Below are positions 1-9,672 of a stretch of 42,102 nt of DNA, piece by piece; the stretch's first letter is position 1; every line of letters starts with the position of its first letter. The position numbers were made by a program, and so were the translations under genes. The notes beneath the pieces were generated by a model, which was given only the letters and a program-made list of their open reading frames with translations, did not search any database and was not told the origin of the DNA. The stretch is from IMG/VR virus record IMGVR_UViG_3300025848_000068, positions 1 through 42,102 of that record, one strand, 5' to 3'. The DNA is from a virus (Duplodnaviria; Caudoviricetes).

Positions 1-263
1 CCCGGAGCCAAAACCACCGAATACGAAATAGAAACCGCTTGGCGACGTTTCATTTTTCCTAGCCTTTCCGCGGGGATTTCCCCGACGCGTTGAGATTGTC
101 CCATGATCGGCGCGGCGTGTCAAGTCCTTTTAGAAAATATTTTGACAAGGCGGGAACGGGGGAGGGGGTGAACGTCGGCACCCCGACCGACCGGGACGGA
201 CGGACCGCACCCCCCCCGACGTCGCGACATGGGACGGGACCGACCGACGGACGGACCGACGGA
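1..263. repeat. Terminal direct repeat / circular overlap, copy 1
   Basis: Matches 41841-42102 except T128 vs G41968 and one extra A at 209 inside a C-run. Confidence 0.95.
95..123 (-). promoter_or_regulatory. Sigma70-type early promoter (second copy at 41935-41963)
   Basis: Minus strand TTGACA (123-118), 17 nt spacer, GACAAT (100-95) preceded by TG; points into the early gene array, whose first ATG is at 53/41893. Confidence 0.8.
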
Positions 264-303
264 CCGACGGGACACGGGACCGACGGACGAGCGGACGAGC
301 GGG
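183..303. repeat. Low-complexity GACC/GACG/GGAC tandem repeats
   Basis: Runs such as CCGACCGACCGGGACGGACGGACC and GACCGACCGACGGACGGACCGACGGACCGACGG. Confidence 0.8.
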
Positions 304-348
304 ATCGGCGATCCCCCGACGCGGCGTATCTAGTATCCTATGGCGATT

Positions 349-420
349 CGGGATTGTCGGGACGTGCGGAACGTGCGGACGTTGCGGAATGCGCGGGACC
401 TTCGGATTTTGCGGAATCGG
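349..420. repeat. Eight degenerate 9-bp tandem repeats
   Basis: CGG recurs at 349, 358, 367, 376, 385, 394, 403 and 412 (e.g. CGGGACGTG, CGGAACGTG, CGGACGTTG, CGGAATGCG). Confidence 0.8.
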
Positions 421-870
421 GGGGCGGTCGGGGCGGGGCGGGGTCGGCGGCTCCGGGGGGTCGCGCCCGCCGCGCGTTATAAGTTGGTATCTGCCCCCAT
501 CCTTGTACACCGACCATTTTTAAAAACCCGATTGCTTGGCTTGGCTACCCTTTTTCCGGCCACCGGAGCAGGGGGTTGGTGTAGTCGGTCTACCGGCAAC
601 CAAAACGCCCTATAAACGCTCCCACGCCACCGACCATTTCCCCGTCTACCTGTGAACGATCTGACCGATATTGATGCGGGGGGGTGGCACCTGAACTTAG
701 GAGAGAGAGAGACACCCCGACACCAAGGAGGAAGGGGGAGAGGGAAGAAGGGGACTATAGGGGTAGATGGGAGAGGGGGAAGGAGGCTCGGTAGAGGGGT
801 GGCGAGCGAGCGACGGTTTAGGTGGCGGGGGGGCAGGGCGCGGGCTTGGGGGGACGGGCTCCGGGGGATG

Positions 871-879
871 TGGTACGGT
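871..879 (+). promoter_or_regulatory. Extended -10 element for a probably leaderless late transcript
   Basis: TGG-TACGGT 8 nt upstream of ATG 888, with no SD. Confidence 0.45.
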
Positions 880-887
880 GTCGGCGT

Positions 888-1244
888 ATGACTAAACCGA
901 AAAGTCGAACGGACATCGAGATTGAACGGCTCATGGAGGGGATTGGTGGCGACGAGCGTCGAGAACGTCTTGTGCCGTCGAGCCTTGAGGCGGACTACCT
1001 GCGGATGGCAACTACGCAGCGTGCGCTTGACGAGGACGAAGTCCGAGAGACAATCAAGAGGCATTTGGTGGTGATGCTTGGGCAGGTAAACTCGGTGAAG
1101 GAGTTCTTGGACGTGGTGAGTCGGTTGTCGGATCTTTGCGCTTGGAAGAAGAGCGCGGAGTTGAAGGCGGCGACGGCCACGACGAAGGACGAGATCAAGG
1201 AAACCGAGGAGATTGCTCAACTCCGTCGGATGTTGGAGAAGTGA
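888..1244 (+). CDS. Hypothetical helical protein, putative terminase small subunit
   Basis: 118 aa from ATG 888; charged and alpha-helical; first gene of the late arm, two genes upstream of TerL. Confidence 0.45.
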   Translation: MTKPKSRTDIEIERLMEGIGGDERRERLVPSSLEADYLRMATTQRALDEDEVRETIKRHLVVMLGQVNSVKEFLDVVSRLSDLCAWKKSAELKAATATTKDEIKETEEIAQLRRMLEK

Positions 1245-1245
1245 G

Positions 1246-1623
1246 ATGTACACGGTCACGAATCCGGGTGTGACGGTTGCGGCGACGGTGTTGCCGGCTG
1301 ACGCTACGGTGCAGGGCGAGATGAAGGCGAATGCGGGAGCGGCGACTTCGACGTTCACCTGTCCTATTTCGTCGGGGGCGTATCAGGTGTTGATTGCCAT
1401 CGACGTGGCGCAGAACAACGGGCTGAAGATTCGGCCTTATGTGGGCGGCACGACGCCGGGAAACATTTCGGCTCCGGCGGTGGGCACTTGGACGGACGGC
1501 ATGGCGATTACGCATTCGCGTGCGGACAACATCGTGATGCTGGCAGATGCGGACAAACCTATTACGGGTTTGTCGGTTTATTGCACCAGCGCCGCCAACG
1601 TCATCGTGACTTGGTTTGTGTGA
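1246..1623 (+). CDS. Hypothetical beta-rich protein, possibly virion-associated
   Basis: 125 aa from ATG 1246; Thr/Ala/Val/Gly-rich; tightly coupled to both neighbours. Confidence 0.6.
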   Translation: MYTVTNPGVTVAATVLPADATVQGEMKANAGAATSTFTCPISSGAYQVLIAIDVAQNNGLKIRPYVGGTTPGNISAPAVGTWTDGMAITHSRADNIVMLADADKPITGLSVYCTSAANVIVTWFV

Positions 1624-3167
1624 ACCTACCCGATGATCTGAAAAAAGCGTTACGCCAACGGTTCGTCAGTGACTTCACATGGGCCACGCGAACCGTTTTG
1701 GGGTACGGGTTTTTTGACGCGCCGATGCACGATCAGATCGGTGCGTTTGCCTCCAAGGTGTTCGACGCCAAGGAGAAGTTCTCGGTCTTGCTGGCGCCTC
1801 GCGGTCACGGCAAATCGAAGCAGGTGACGGCGGGCTTGCCCGTGTGGTTGTTGTGCCGCAACCCGAATCTGAAAATTCTGATCATCCACGGTTCGGCGGG
1901 ACTGGCCGAGTCGATTATGTCGGAAGCCGTCGAGCAGTTTGAACAGAACGAATTGCTGCGTGCGTTGTTTCCCGACGTCGTGTGGAAGACGCGCAAGGAC
2001 GCGCCGAAGTGGAAGGCCGACGAGATTATCCTGAAGCGGAAGATCATCGACCATACGCCGAGTTTGGCGGCGACGTCGATGTCGTCCGCGAAGACGGGTC
2101 GGCACTTCGATCTGATTATCTGCGACGACTTGGTGAACGCGGAGAACACGACGACGCCCGAGCAGATCGATAAGGTGAAGACGTTCGTGAAGACGCTCTC
2201 GCCGCTGCTTATGGGCCCGAAGAGTCGCATCCTGTTGGTCGGTACCCGATGGCATTACGAAGACTGCTACGGGTGGCTGATGGGATCGAACGAGATGCAG
2301 AAGATTACGCGGTCGTTGGTGCTGACGCCGTTCAACGAGGATGGGTCGCCGGCGTGGCCGAGCAAGCACACACCCGAATCGCTCGACGCCGAGAAGGCCG
2401 CGATGGGTCCGTATCTGTTCTCGGCCAACTATCTGAACAACCCGTCGCCCGACGGGACGATGCTGTTCAACGAGGAACGCATCAATCGGTTCGTTCCGGA
2501 ATACGACGCGCAGGGACGCATCAAGATCCCGGAACGAGCGGATGGACCTCGGTCGGTGTACTACTTCACGGGGACCGACCCGAACGCCGGCATCGACCAG
2601 CAACACGATCTCGGGGTCGTGATGACGGTCGGGCGCGACGACGAGGGCAACTTTTGGTTGGTGGACGTCAACGGTGGACACCCGACCGTGGACGAGATGA
2701 TCGCGTGGATCCGCAAACACGTGCAGTTGTGGAATCCGATGAGTCTGCTGGTGGAGACGGTTGCGTACCAACGGCAGTTGGCGCATTGGATCCGCAAAGA
2801 CGCCATGTCGAACGGGCTCGTCTATCCGATCCGAGAGATCGGCTCGGCAGAACGCGGACGCACGCAGAAGTACACCCGTATCCGGGCGCTCGATCCGTTG
2901 ATCAACGCCGGGAAGTTGTGGGTGCCGTATGGCAGCCGCTTCGACGACGTTGTCAAGCAAATCGCGCTGTACTCGTCCGCGGCGCGGCACGACGACTACG
3001 TCGATACGCTCGCCGATATTTGGCAGTATGGAACCAACCCGCCGCCGCGTAAGAAGCCGCAGCCGGCAGGCAACCCGTATACGATTGCCGCGTTCACGGA
3101 TCGCATACTCAACGAAACGAAACGGCGCGGCATCGCACGCGTCGAAACCACGACGAGGTACCGCTAA
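1620..3167 (+). CDS. terL: Terminase large subunit
   Basis: Walker A LLAPRGHGKS, Walker B FDLIICDD, coupling motif GTRW, nuclease acidic motifs TGTDPN and HDDYVD; GTG start in a GTGA overlap. Confidence 0.95.
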   Translation: MNLPDDLKKALRQRFVSDFTWATRTVLGYGFFDAPMHDQIGAFASKVFDAKEKFSVLLAPRGHGKSKQVTAGLPVWLLCRNPNLKILIIHGSAGLAESIMSEAVEQFEQNELLRALFPDVVWKTRKDAPKWKADEIILKRKIIDHTPSLAATSMSSAKTGRHFDLIICDDLVNAENTTTPEQIDKVKTFVKTLSPLLMGPKSRILLVGTRWHYEDCYGWLMGSNEMQKITRSLVLTPFNEDGSPAWPSKHTPESLDAEKAAMGPYLFSANYLNNPSPDGTMLFNEERINRFVPEYDAQGRIKIPERADGPRSVYYFTGTDPNAGIDQQHDLGVVMTVGRDDEGNFWLVDVNGGHPTVDEMIAWIRKHVQLWNPMSLLVETVAYQRQLAHWIRKDAMSNGLVYPIREIGSAERGRTQKYTRIRALDPLINAGKLWVPYGSRFDDVVKQIALYSSAARHDDYVDTLADIWQYGTNPPPRKKPQPAGNPYTIAAFTDRILNETKRRGIARVETTTRYR

Positions 3168-5125
3168 TGGCCTCAGTTTTTAATTCCGAAGCCGCCCAGT
3201 TCATCCACGACAACATGAAGGGCAAGCCTCCGTGGTGGGAGCAGTTGATCGTCGGCTACCAGCGCGAGCGTGATCGGTTCGCCAAGCCGTACTGGGACCT
3301 TGCGCGTGAGTGCTACGAGCAAGAACAGTTCACGGGATACGCGTATGCGGATCGCTACACGCTTGAACAGGTGCAGCCGCCGCGTGTTTACGGGCTTGTG
3401 CATTCGATTGAATCGCAGGTGTACAACCGGAACCCGAAGTTCTTCGTGCAGCCGATGACCGCGAAGCAGGAGAAGTTGTCGAAGTTCGCGGAAGACGCGC
3501 TCAACACCGAGTGGCTGCGCGATGCGCGGCTGCAACGTGAAGCGCGGTTGTGTCTGCGCGACACGATTCTGACGGGTTGGGGGTTCATGTTGAGCGGCGT
3601 CGAGGGCGATCACGACGCGATGGCGCGTGCGCGCCGCCGCCGGCAGGCTCTTGCACAGAAGTTGCAGCAGGACCCCGTCCTTCAACAGCAGGTCGGCGAA
3701 CTCGTCATGCAAATGGAGTCGGCGCGGGATTCGATCGCCGCGCAGCCGAGCGAGACAACGTTTGAAATGGACGACCGCGTGTGGAAAGGCCGCGTCTGTT
3801 CACGACGCGTGTCGCCCGACGACATCGTGATCGACCCGAATGCGACGTGCCTTGAAGATGCGCGTTGGATCGGACGCGTGATTTACGCGGATTACGAGAT
3901 GGTCATGGCCGATGACCGGTTCAAGAATAAGAGCCGGCTGACGCCGACGTCGGTGTTTATGGGTACGTCGGACAAACCGTGGAAGCGCAACGGTCGTCCG
4001 TTCATCAACTCAGGTAAAACGACCGCCGTGTCCGGGCCCGACGACGTCCCAATGCCGTACAAGTACGTCGAGATCTTTGAGATTTTTGAGCGGCAACCCG
4101 ACGGCACGTGGGACATGAAGGTGTTCGCCAAGAACCAAGAGAAGTTCTTGCGCGAAGAGGTCGCGCCGTATGACCTCGGATGCCCCTACAAAATGCTCCG
4201 ATGGAACGACATCGGGCAGCGCATCTTCGCGGTGTCGGATATTCAGCCGATTCTTACGCACGTCATCGAAGAACGCGAGATTCGCACGCGCATGCACGAC
4301 GCATTTATGCGTGCCGCCGTGGATGTTTATGCGTTCGATCGCTCGATTATGTCCACGGAAGAGGACATTCGTCCGATGACGATGGAAGGCGTCGGATTGA
4401 TGCTGCCGATCAACGGCATGACCGGACGCCCGCTCGATCAGGTCGTCCGATTGCTGCCGCGTAACCCGCAGACCAACGAAGCGATGGCGTACTTGGCGGT
4501 CATTGAGCGCAACATCCAAGACGGCACCGGCATGGGTGCTAATCAGATGATGCAATCGCTGAAATCCGAGACGTCGGCGACCGAGGCCGCGGAAATCGCA
4601 CGCAACGCGGGAGCCCGCGGGCAGTCAAAATACTCGGCGTTCAATGACTTCATCGCGCAGGTCGCGCACGACAGGCTCAAGTTGGCGGCGCAGTTCTACG
4701 ATGCGGGTATGCTCGCCGTGTTGGCAGGCCCCGAAGCCGCCGAAATGTGGATTAAGGAAGAGTTCACGACCCCCGATATCCAATGGGGGTTGAACGTGTC
4801 TATCGAGGTCGGTTCGATGCAACCTCGAAACGACACGACCCGCGCTCAGGCGGTCACGACGGCCATTCAGTTGGCCAAGAGCGACCCGGTCGCGGCGCAA
4901 ATGCTCAACCTTCCGCGGCTGTGGCAGGAGTTTTTCAAGTTGCTGGGGTTCCAAAACGGTTCGGAATTCCTGCAAGAAATGGCTCCCGATCAGATGTCGC
5001 AGATGTATATGCAAGCGGCGCTCATGGGAATGGGCGGCGCAGCAGGTGGAAGCCCGCCGGGAGGGCCGGCGATGGCGTCCGGCGACGCCGGAATGGCCCA
5101 AATGCAAGGAGGTCCGATTGCCTAA
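3167..5125 (+). CDS. Portal protein
   Basis: 652 aa directly after TerL; RVSPDDIVIDPNA and ETSATEA motifs typical of P22/podovirus-like portals; low-complexity C-terminus. Confidence 0.85.
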   Translation: MASVFNSEAAQFIHDNMKGKPPWWEQLIVGYQRERDRFAKPYWDLARECYEQEQFTGYAYADRYTLEQVQPPRVYGLVHSIESQVYNRNPKFFVQPMTAKQEKLSKFAEDALNTEWLRDARLQREARLCLRDTILTGWGFMLSGVEGDHDAMARARRRRQALAQKLQQDPVLQQQVGELVMQMESARDSIAAQPSETTFEMDDRVWKGRVCSRRVSPDDIVIDPNATCLEDARWIGRVIYADYEMVMADDRFKNKSRLTPTSVFMGTSDKPWKRNGRPFINSGKTTAVSGPDDVPMPYKYVEIFEIFERQPDGTWDMKVFAKNQEKFLREEVAPYDLGCPYKMLRWNDIGQRIFAVSDIQPILTHVIEEREIRTRMHDAFMRAAVDVYAFDRSIMSTEEDIRPMTMEGVGLMLPINGMTGRPLDQVVRLLPRNPQTNEAMAYLAVIERNIQDGTGMGANQMMQSLKSETSATEAAEIARNAGARGQSKYSAFNDFIAQVAHDRLKLAAQFYDAGMLAVLAGPEAAEMWIKEEFTTPDIQWGLNVSIEVGSMQPRNDTTRAQAVTTAIQLAKSDPVAAQMLNLPRLWQEFFKLLGFQNGSEFLQEMAPDQMSQMYMQAALMGMGGAAGGSPPGGPAMASGDAGMAQMQGGPIA

Positions 5126-5483
5126 GAAGAAAAAAAAGAAGCCGTACATCGAGCCCGCATCCGATGGATTTGTTTGGATCCGCACCGGAGAGGGCCGATG
5201 GACGCACGTTTCCACCGCCGAACTCGAGTCCGAAAAAACCGAAAGCGTTGGGCCTTCGGTTCACGATACCGACTACGACGAGCAGCGCTACAAGAACGTC
5301 TACGGCGAAAAAATGTTTGCCAACGAAGACTTGCGTTGCCGAGAAGCCGAAAAATCGTGGTATAACTATTTCAAGGGTACGACTCCCGACGGAAGGTACG
5401 TCGAAGGGCCGCGCCCGTTTACGAGCCGAAAGGAGCGGTTGGAATACTGCCGCCGTTTCGGTTTCACTCCGACGGGAGAATGA
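5118..5483 (+). CDS. Hypothetical protein
   Basis: TTG start with AGGAGG SD at 5107-5112; fills the gap between portal and scaffold. Confidence 0.65.
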   Translation: MPKKKKKKPYIEPASDGFVWIRTGEGRWTHVSTAELESEKTESVGPSVHDTDYDEQRYKNVYGEKMFANEDLRCREAEKSWYNYFKGTTPDGRYVEGPRPFTSRKERLEYCRRFGFTPTGE

Positions 5484-5611
5484 CTATGTCGTGTGCAGAC
5501 TACAAGTTCCCGACCTCTAAGGACCGGGATTGCAAGACCGTTGCCGCCGGTGCGAAGTTCCGTAGCGTGAAGTCGTTCACGCAGGGCATTGGCGACTACA
5601 ACAAGAAGTGA
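5480..5611 (+). CDS. Small hypothetical protein (43 aa, below the ORF-track cutoff)
   Basis: ATGA overlap with the previous stop; MTMSCADYKFPTSKDRDCKTVAAGAKFRSVKSFTQGIGDYNKK. Confidence 0.5.
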   Translation: MTMSCADYKFPTSKDRDCKTVAAGAKFRSVKSFTQGIGDYNKK

Positions 5612-5619
5612 TTTAACAC

Positions 5620-6543
5620 ATGCCGCAAAGCGAAGCGCAGCAAGAACGCGTGTCCCCGGAACTCCGTGAGAAGTTCGACGCTGTTTTTGGCAAACCTGAG
5701 TTCGGATACGGTGCGGATGCCTCCGCTACCCAAGCCCCGTCCGACTCAAATGCCGGTGCAGCCTCGGGCGAGCCTCCTACCGGAGCGGATACACAAGACG
5801 ATGACGCTTTTCTAAAGGCCGATCCGTCCGACGCACCCGAAATTCAGAAGTTGAAGGCCGATCTTCAAAAGGGTTTCCATCGAAAGATGCAGAAACTCAG
5901 CGAAGATGCTCGGCAGAAGGCAGCAGAAGTCGCGCAAACGGAGCAAAAGGCGCAAGCCTTTGAAGCGTTGATGCGACATCCGGACCCGGGAAGCCTGTTG
6001 GCTCAACTCCGTGGCGTTAATCCGACGCAAGTCGAGGAAATGCCGCAGATTCCGCGCACCAAGATGCAGATTCCTGCTTCGCTCGCGGATCGTTTTGAGC
6101 CGGACACGCTGAACGCCATCCAAGAACTGCTTGACCTTCACTACCAGCAGGCCACAACGCAGATTTTGGAGCCCAAACTTCAACCGTACCAGCGTATGGT
6201 TGAGGCGTATGGTCAAACTCAATACGAATCCAAGTGGGACCAACTGAAAAAGGAATTCCCGACCGCCGACAAGTACCGCCGGCAGGCCGAGGAAATCGCA
6301 GCCTCCCAGTCTCTCCCGCTGCGTCAAGCGTTGTTGCTTGCCAGCGATGGAGCGGTGATCTCGGATCGTATGAAAACGGAAGCGGAACAAGTCCGCTCCA
6401 AAGAGTTGACCCCCGCCGGCGCTCCGACAATGATGACGAAGCCGTCGAGAGGAAGGATTGCCTTGGATCGCGATTCAATCGCACGTCAACTTGCCGGCGA
6501 AGCAAAGCGGTTGGGAATTGACTCTCTTTTCCAACGCTACTAG
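5620..6543 (+). CDS. Capsid scaffolding protein
   Basis: Acidic disordered N-terminus then coiled coil (LQKGFHRKMQKLSE); immediately upstream of the major capsid gene. Confidence 0.75.
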   Translation: MPQSEAQQERVSPELREKFDAVFGKPEFGYGADASATQAPSDSNAGAASGEPPTGADTQDDDAFLKADPSDAPEIQKLKADLQKGFHRKMQKLSEDARQKAAEVAQTEQKAQAFEALMRHPDPGSLLAQLRGVNPTQVEEMPQIPRTKMQIPASLADRFEPDTLNAIQELLDLHYQQATTQILEPKLQPYQRMVEAYGQTQYESKWDQLKKEFPTADKYRRQAEEIAASQSLPLRQALLLASDGAVISDRMKTEAEQVRSKELTPAGAPTMMTKPSRGRIALDRDSIARQLAGEAKRLGIDSLFQRY

Positions 6544-6556
6544 GAGGTAGCCAATC

Positions 6557-7708
6557 ATGCCGTTTCCAGCAGTAAGAGATACCGCAAACCTCAACACGCT
6601 CTACACGGGCGCGTTTGAGTCTGTGTCGTCGGGCGTGCAGGACATCGTCTTCAAGGAGACGACCCTGCTCAACATCGCGATGAAGATGGGTATGTATCAG
6701 CCGGGCAATTACTCGCACCACCACATGGTGCCCGTGATTGACAAGGATGACACGACCGTCGTCTCGTTCACCGGCCTTCAGACGCTGCCTACCGCGGCGA
6801 CGCAGGGCGCTCGTTCGGCGTACTTCAACTTCGCCAACTACGCGACCAACGTCACCGTATCGTGGGAAGAGCAGCAGCAGATCCGCTCGCCCCATCAGAT
6901 CGTCGATCTTATGGAAGCGCGTGCGTACAAGGCGTACCGCTCGCTCGGATCGCGCCTCGACCGCGACATGTTTTGGGGTAACACCAGCGACTCCAACAAC
7001 ATCCTCGGTCTTGAGCAGGCGATCTACCCGAAGCGCCACAACACGACCGGCGACGTCCTGAAGACGGCGCGTTGGCAGTTGCGTCAGGCCAACAACAACT
7101 ACGGTGGTGTTGGTCGCGCTAACTTTACTGCCGATGGCATCGGTGGTACGGGTTGGGAAAACATGGCTGTTGATATGAACAGCAACACCGGCACCATCTC
7201 CACGGGCTTCGGTTCGGACAACACGTTCGCGCTTGCGAGCGGTGTCCCGAACAAGGCGCTTCGTGGGTTGGCGCACATGTTCCAAATGCTGACGTGGGGC
7301 ACCACGATGCCCGACCTCATCATTTCGGCTCCGCAGCCCTACGAAGACTATCAGAACTCGGCGGCGGGATTCCTTCAGTACGTTCGCACCGGCGGCGATC
7401 CGCAGGCGGCGGAACTCGGATTCTCGACGACGTCGTTCAAGGGTGCCCAATGGGTGCAGACCGACCGTTGCGTGACGTCCGGCGCGATCAACACCAGCGA
7501 AATCGCCAGCACGTCGCCGTACATCTTCCTGCTCAACACTTCGGTGTGCGGTTTGAAGGTGTCCGACAGCGCCGATTTCGAGGCGACCGAGTTTAAGCAG
7601 CCGATTGATCAGGCGGGTGCTGTGGCTCAGATTCTGTGGCGTGGACAACTGATCGTGGAGAACCCGCGCTATTGCGGCGTGATGTTCAACTACGGATCCT
7701 CCGTCTGA
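6557..7708 (+). CDS. Major capsid protein (HK97 fold)
   Basis: 383 aa; strong SD TAGGAGG; biased codons; C-terminal IFLLNTS...QILWRGQLIVENPRYCGVM pattern; synteny. Confidence 0.88.
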   Translation: MPFPAVRDTANLNTLYTGAFESVSSGVQDIVFKETTLLNIAMKMGMYQPGNYSHHHMVPVIDKDDTTVVSFTGLQTLPTAATQGARSAYFNFANYATNVTVSWEEQQQIRSPHQIVDLMEARAYKAYRSLGSRLDRDMFWGNTSDSNNILGLEQAIYPKRHNTTGDVLKTARWQLRQANNNYGGVGRANFTADGIGGTGWENMAVDMNSNTGTISTGFGSDNTFALASGVPNKALRGLAHMFQMLTWGTTMPDLIISAPQPYEDYQNSAAGFLQYVRTGGDPQAAELGFSTTSFKGAQWVQTDRCVTSGAINTSEIASTSPYIFLLNTSVCGLKVSDSADFEATEFKQPIDQAGAVAQILWRGQLIVENPRYCGVMFNYGSSV

Positions 7709-7724
7709 TAGAAAGGACACGACC

Positions 7725-8303
7725 ATGAGAATCACTCGTCTCAATGGAATTGGGATTTCGAGCGACACGCTTGAAACCACGGAACGCATCGAAGCGATGT
7801 TTAACGCGGGAAGCGCTTTGGTGGTTGGCGAACCGGTTATCATTAACCACGCCAACGCTACGGTGGCTAATCGCGCAAAGACCGTCGTTTCGTCTACGAC
7901 CGCGGGTGCCGCGCTTGTTGTGGGCATCTACGAAGGCATTGGCGGATCGGGCGCGCAAAACGAATCGTTGGCGGCGGCGTCTAAGGCCGTTAACGCCGAC
8001 GGTACGGTGGCGCTGACCGGACGTGAAGCGGTGAGCGGCGATGTCGTCATGGTGACGATTTACGGCGAAGCGCGGGCTCGCGTGAATCTCCCGGGCAGCA
8101 CCCCCGGTCCGGTCAACGACATTGCGGTGGCTAATCCGTTGACGGCGTCCAAAACCGCCGCTCGACTGGAAAAGTTTACGGCTTTGGCCGGTACCGATGC
8201 GGCGGGCTTGATTGCGCCAATGGTCGCTCTTGAAGCGTCCTCTAACGCGACTGCAAGTGCCATCACCACGCGCTGCGTGCGTGCGTTCGTTCGCCTGCTG
8301 TGA
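7725..8303 (+). CDS. Capsid decoration/cement protein
   Basis: 192 aa, Ala/Val/Gly/Thr-rich, follows the capsid gene; GAAAGG SD. Confidence 0.65.
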   Translation: MRITRLNGIGISSDTLETTERIEAMFNAGSALVVGEPVIINHANATVANRAKTVVSSTTAGAALVVGIYEGIGGSGAQNESLAAASKAVNADGTVALTGREAVSGDVVMVTIYGEARARVNLPGSTPGPVNDIAVANPLTASKTAARLEKFTALAGTDAAGLIAPMVALEASSNATASAITTRCVRAFVRLL

Positions 8304-8593
8304 GTGAACACGATTTCCATCGGTGCGCTCAATGTTTGCGCCTTGAGCGTACCGATTGGAGCGTTCAAAGATTTCGCGAAACCGGGGCGGCTTGCATTTG
8401 TGGGTCGTCCCGGATTCGCCGTTACTTTACAGGACTAACTAAATGGGAAAGACTGAAGTTGTTGATGGGGTGGTACGAGGACCGAAGCCTGCTTCGGTAC
8501 GTCGCGAACGCGGTTGGGTTCCTCCTTGGGAAGGCCCGACGCGTAATGAATTCCATGTCCGATGGGACCAACGCAAATACGGATTTGTTCTAG
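8300..8593 (+). CDS. Hypothetical Cys-motif protein
   Basis: GTGA overlap with the previous gene; CAQC...CICGS putative zinc site. Confidence 0.55.
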   Translation: MSEHDFHRCAQCLRLERTDWSVQRFRETGAACICGSSRIRRYFTGLTKWERLKLLMGWYEDRSLLRYVANAVGFLLGKARRVMNSMSDGTNANTDLF

Positions 8594-8925
8594 AATCCGG
8601 GGCGGTGAACGTCCTCCAAGAGGAATGGAACATCGACTACAAGACCGTGCCTCCGACGGCAACCTCCGTCTCCGGGTCGTTGGAACTGCCGTCCAACACC
8701 ATCCAAATGACCTACGATGAGGTCTGCCGGCTGGTCGAGCATTGCCGCGAAACCGGGGATTCCATGCGCCGGGCGTTTGCCAAGACCTATCAGGTTAAAT
8801 TGAACGGCGAACAAAAGGTCCTGCTCGCGCACGCGCCCGAGATTTTCGTGAAGCACGAACCTCGGACGTCGTTGGAGCAGATGGTAGAATCTCCCAAGAC
8901 CGAAGAGTTTTGGAACAGCCTGTGA
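8443..8925 (+). CDS. Hypothetical protein
   Basis: ATG with AGGA SD; 160 aa; alternative start GTG 8605 would remove the overlap with 8300-8593. Confidence 0.6.
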   Translation: MGKTEVVDGVVRGPKPASVRRERGWVPPWEGPTRNEFHVRWDQRKYGFVLESGAVNVLQEEWNIDYKTVPPTATSVSGSLELPSNTIQMTYDEVCRLVEHCRETGDSMRRAFAKTYQVKLNGEQKVLLAHAPEIFVKHEPRTSLEQMVESPKTEEFWNSL

Positions 8926-8934
8926 GGTAGTCCG

Positions 8935-9672
8935 ATGGCCGCAGACGAGATTTTGGTTGACACCCTCGTTGATCGGGTTTCGTTTGCGGTCACGAACAAC
9001 GCAATACCGGACACCGACCTCGATACGGAGATCCGATGGGCGCTGAACGAAAAACTGATGGATCTCGTCACGCGCTCCAACCATTGGGGACTTCGGACCG
9101 ATGGAAGTTTTTCGACGCAAAACGGAATCTCGGAATACGCACTTGCCGATGATTTCCATGAGTTGATCGACTCGTCGGTCGTGTTTACGACCAACGATAA
9201 GCGCACGATCCTCTACCTGCCCGAAACCGACTTTAACGATTTTTGGTTGCAGACCCGTAACTCGTCGGCCCGTCCAACGCACTACTGGGTACGGGCTCGG
9301 TCGCCGGCAACCGGCGTGGCAACGATCAAACTGTGGCCTACGCCGGTGGCGGTTGACACGATTGCCTACCGCTATCGTGCCATTCCAACTCCGGTGTCCA
9401 CAACGGTGCGTGGGGCAGGCGATGTCCTAGACAGGCGCTTTCCCATCGAACACGCACCGACCTTGATTCATGGGGCGGTGACGCATTTCCCCAACTACCT
9501 GAACGCTCAGGACCTTTCGTTCCACACGCAACTCTACGAGCAAGGCGTGGCGAAGATGAAGTCTAAGGCGAATCCGATCACCGGCCAAGCGTACAATCGT
9601 CGCGCCTACGTCGGGCACTCCGGACTGGCTCCCCGAGCGTGGTGGGGCATTAACCTTACGGGGCCGACGTAA
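8935..9672 (+). CDS. Head-tail adaptor (tail tubular protein A-like)
   Basis: 245 aa; EYALADDF, RPTHYW and IKLWPTP motifs; precedes the nozzle gene. Confidence 0.75.
   Translation: MAADEILVDTLVDRVSFAVTNNAIPDTDLDTEIRWALNEKLMDLVTRSNHWGLRTDGSFSTQNGISEYALADDFHELIDSSVVFTTNDKRTILYLPETDFNDFWLQTRNSSARPTHYWVRARSPATGVATIKLWPTPVAVDTIAYRYRAIPTPVSTTVRGAGDVLDRRFPIEHAPTLIHGAVTHFPNYLNAQDLSFHTQLYEQGVAKMKSKANPITGQAYNRRAYVGHSGLAPRAWWGINLTGPT

Noticed and set aside
142-147. Rightward promoter from TTGACA at 142
   Set aside because: No -10 element at 16-18 nt spacing; may instead be half of an inverted repeat with 118-123.
90-615. ORFs 90-482, 130-510 and 340-615
   Set aside because: Translations only mirror the DNA microrepeats; no convincing starts or SD.
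6017-7927. Long antisense ORFs (6017-7927, 1650-2990, 25441-26424, 27481-28437)
   Set aside because: Shadows of GC-rich, codon-biased sense genes.
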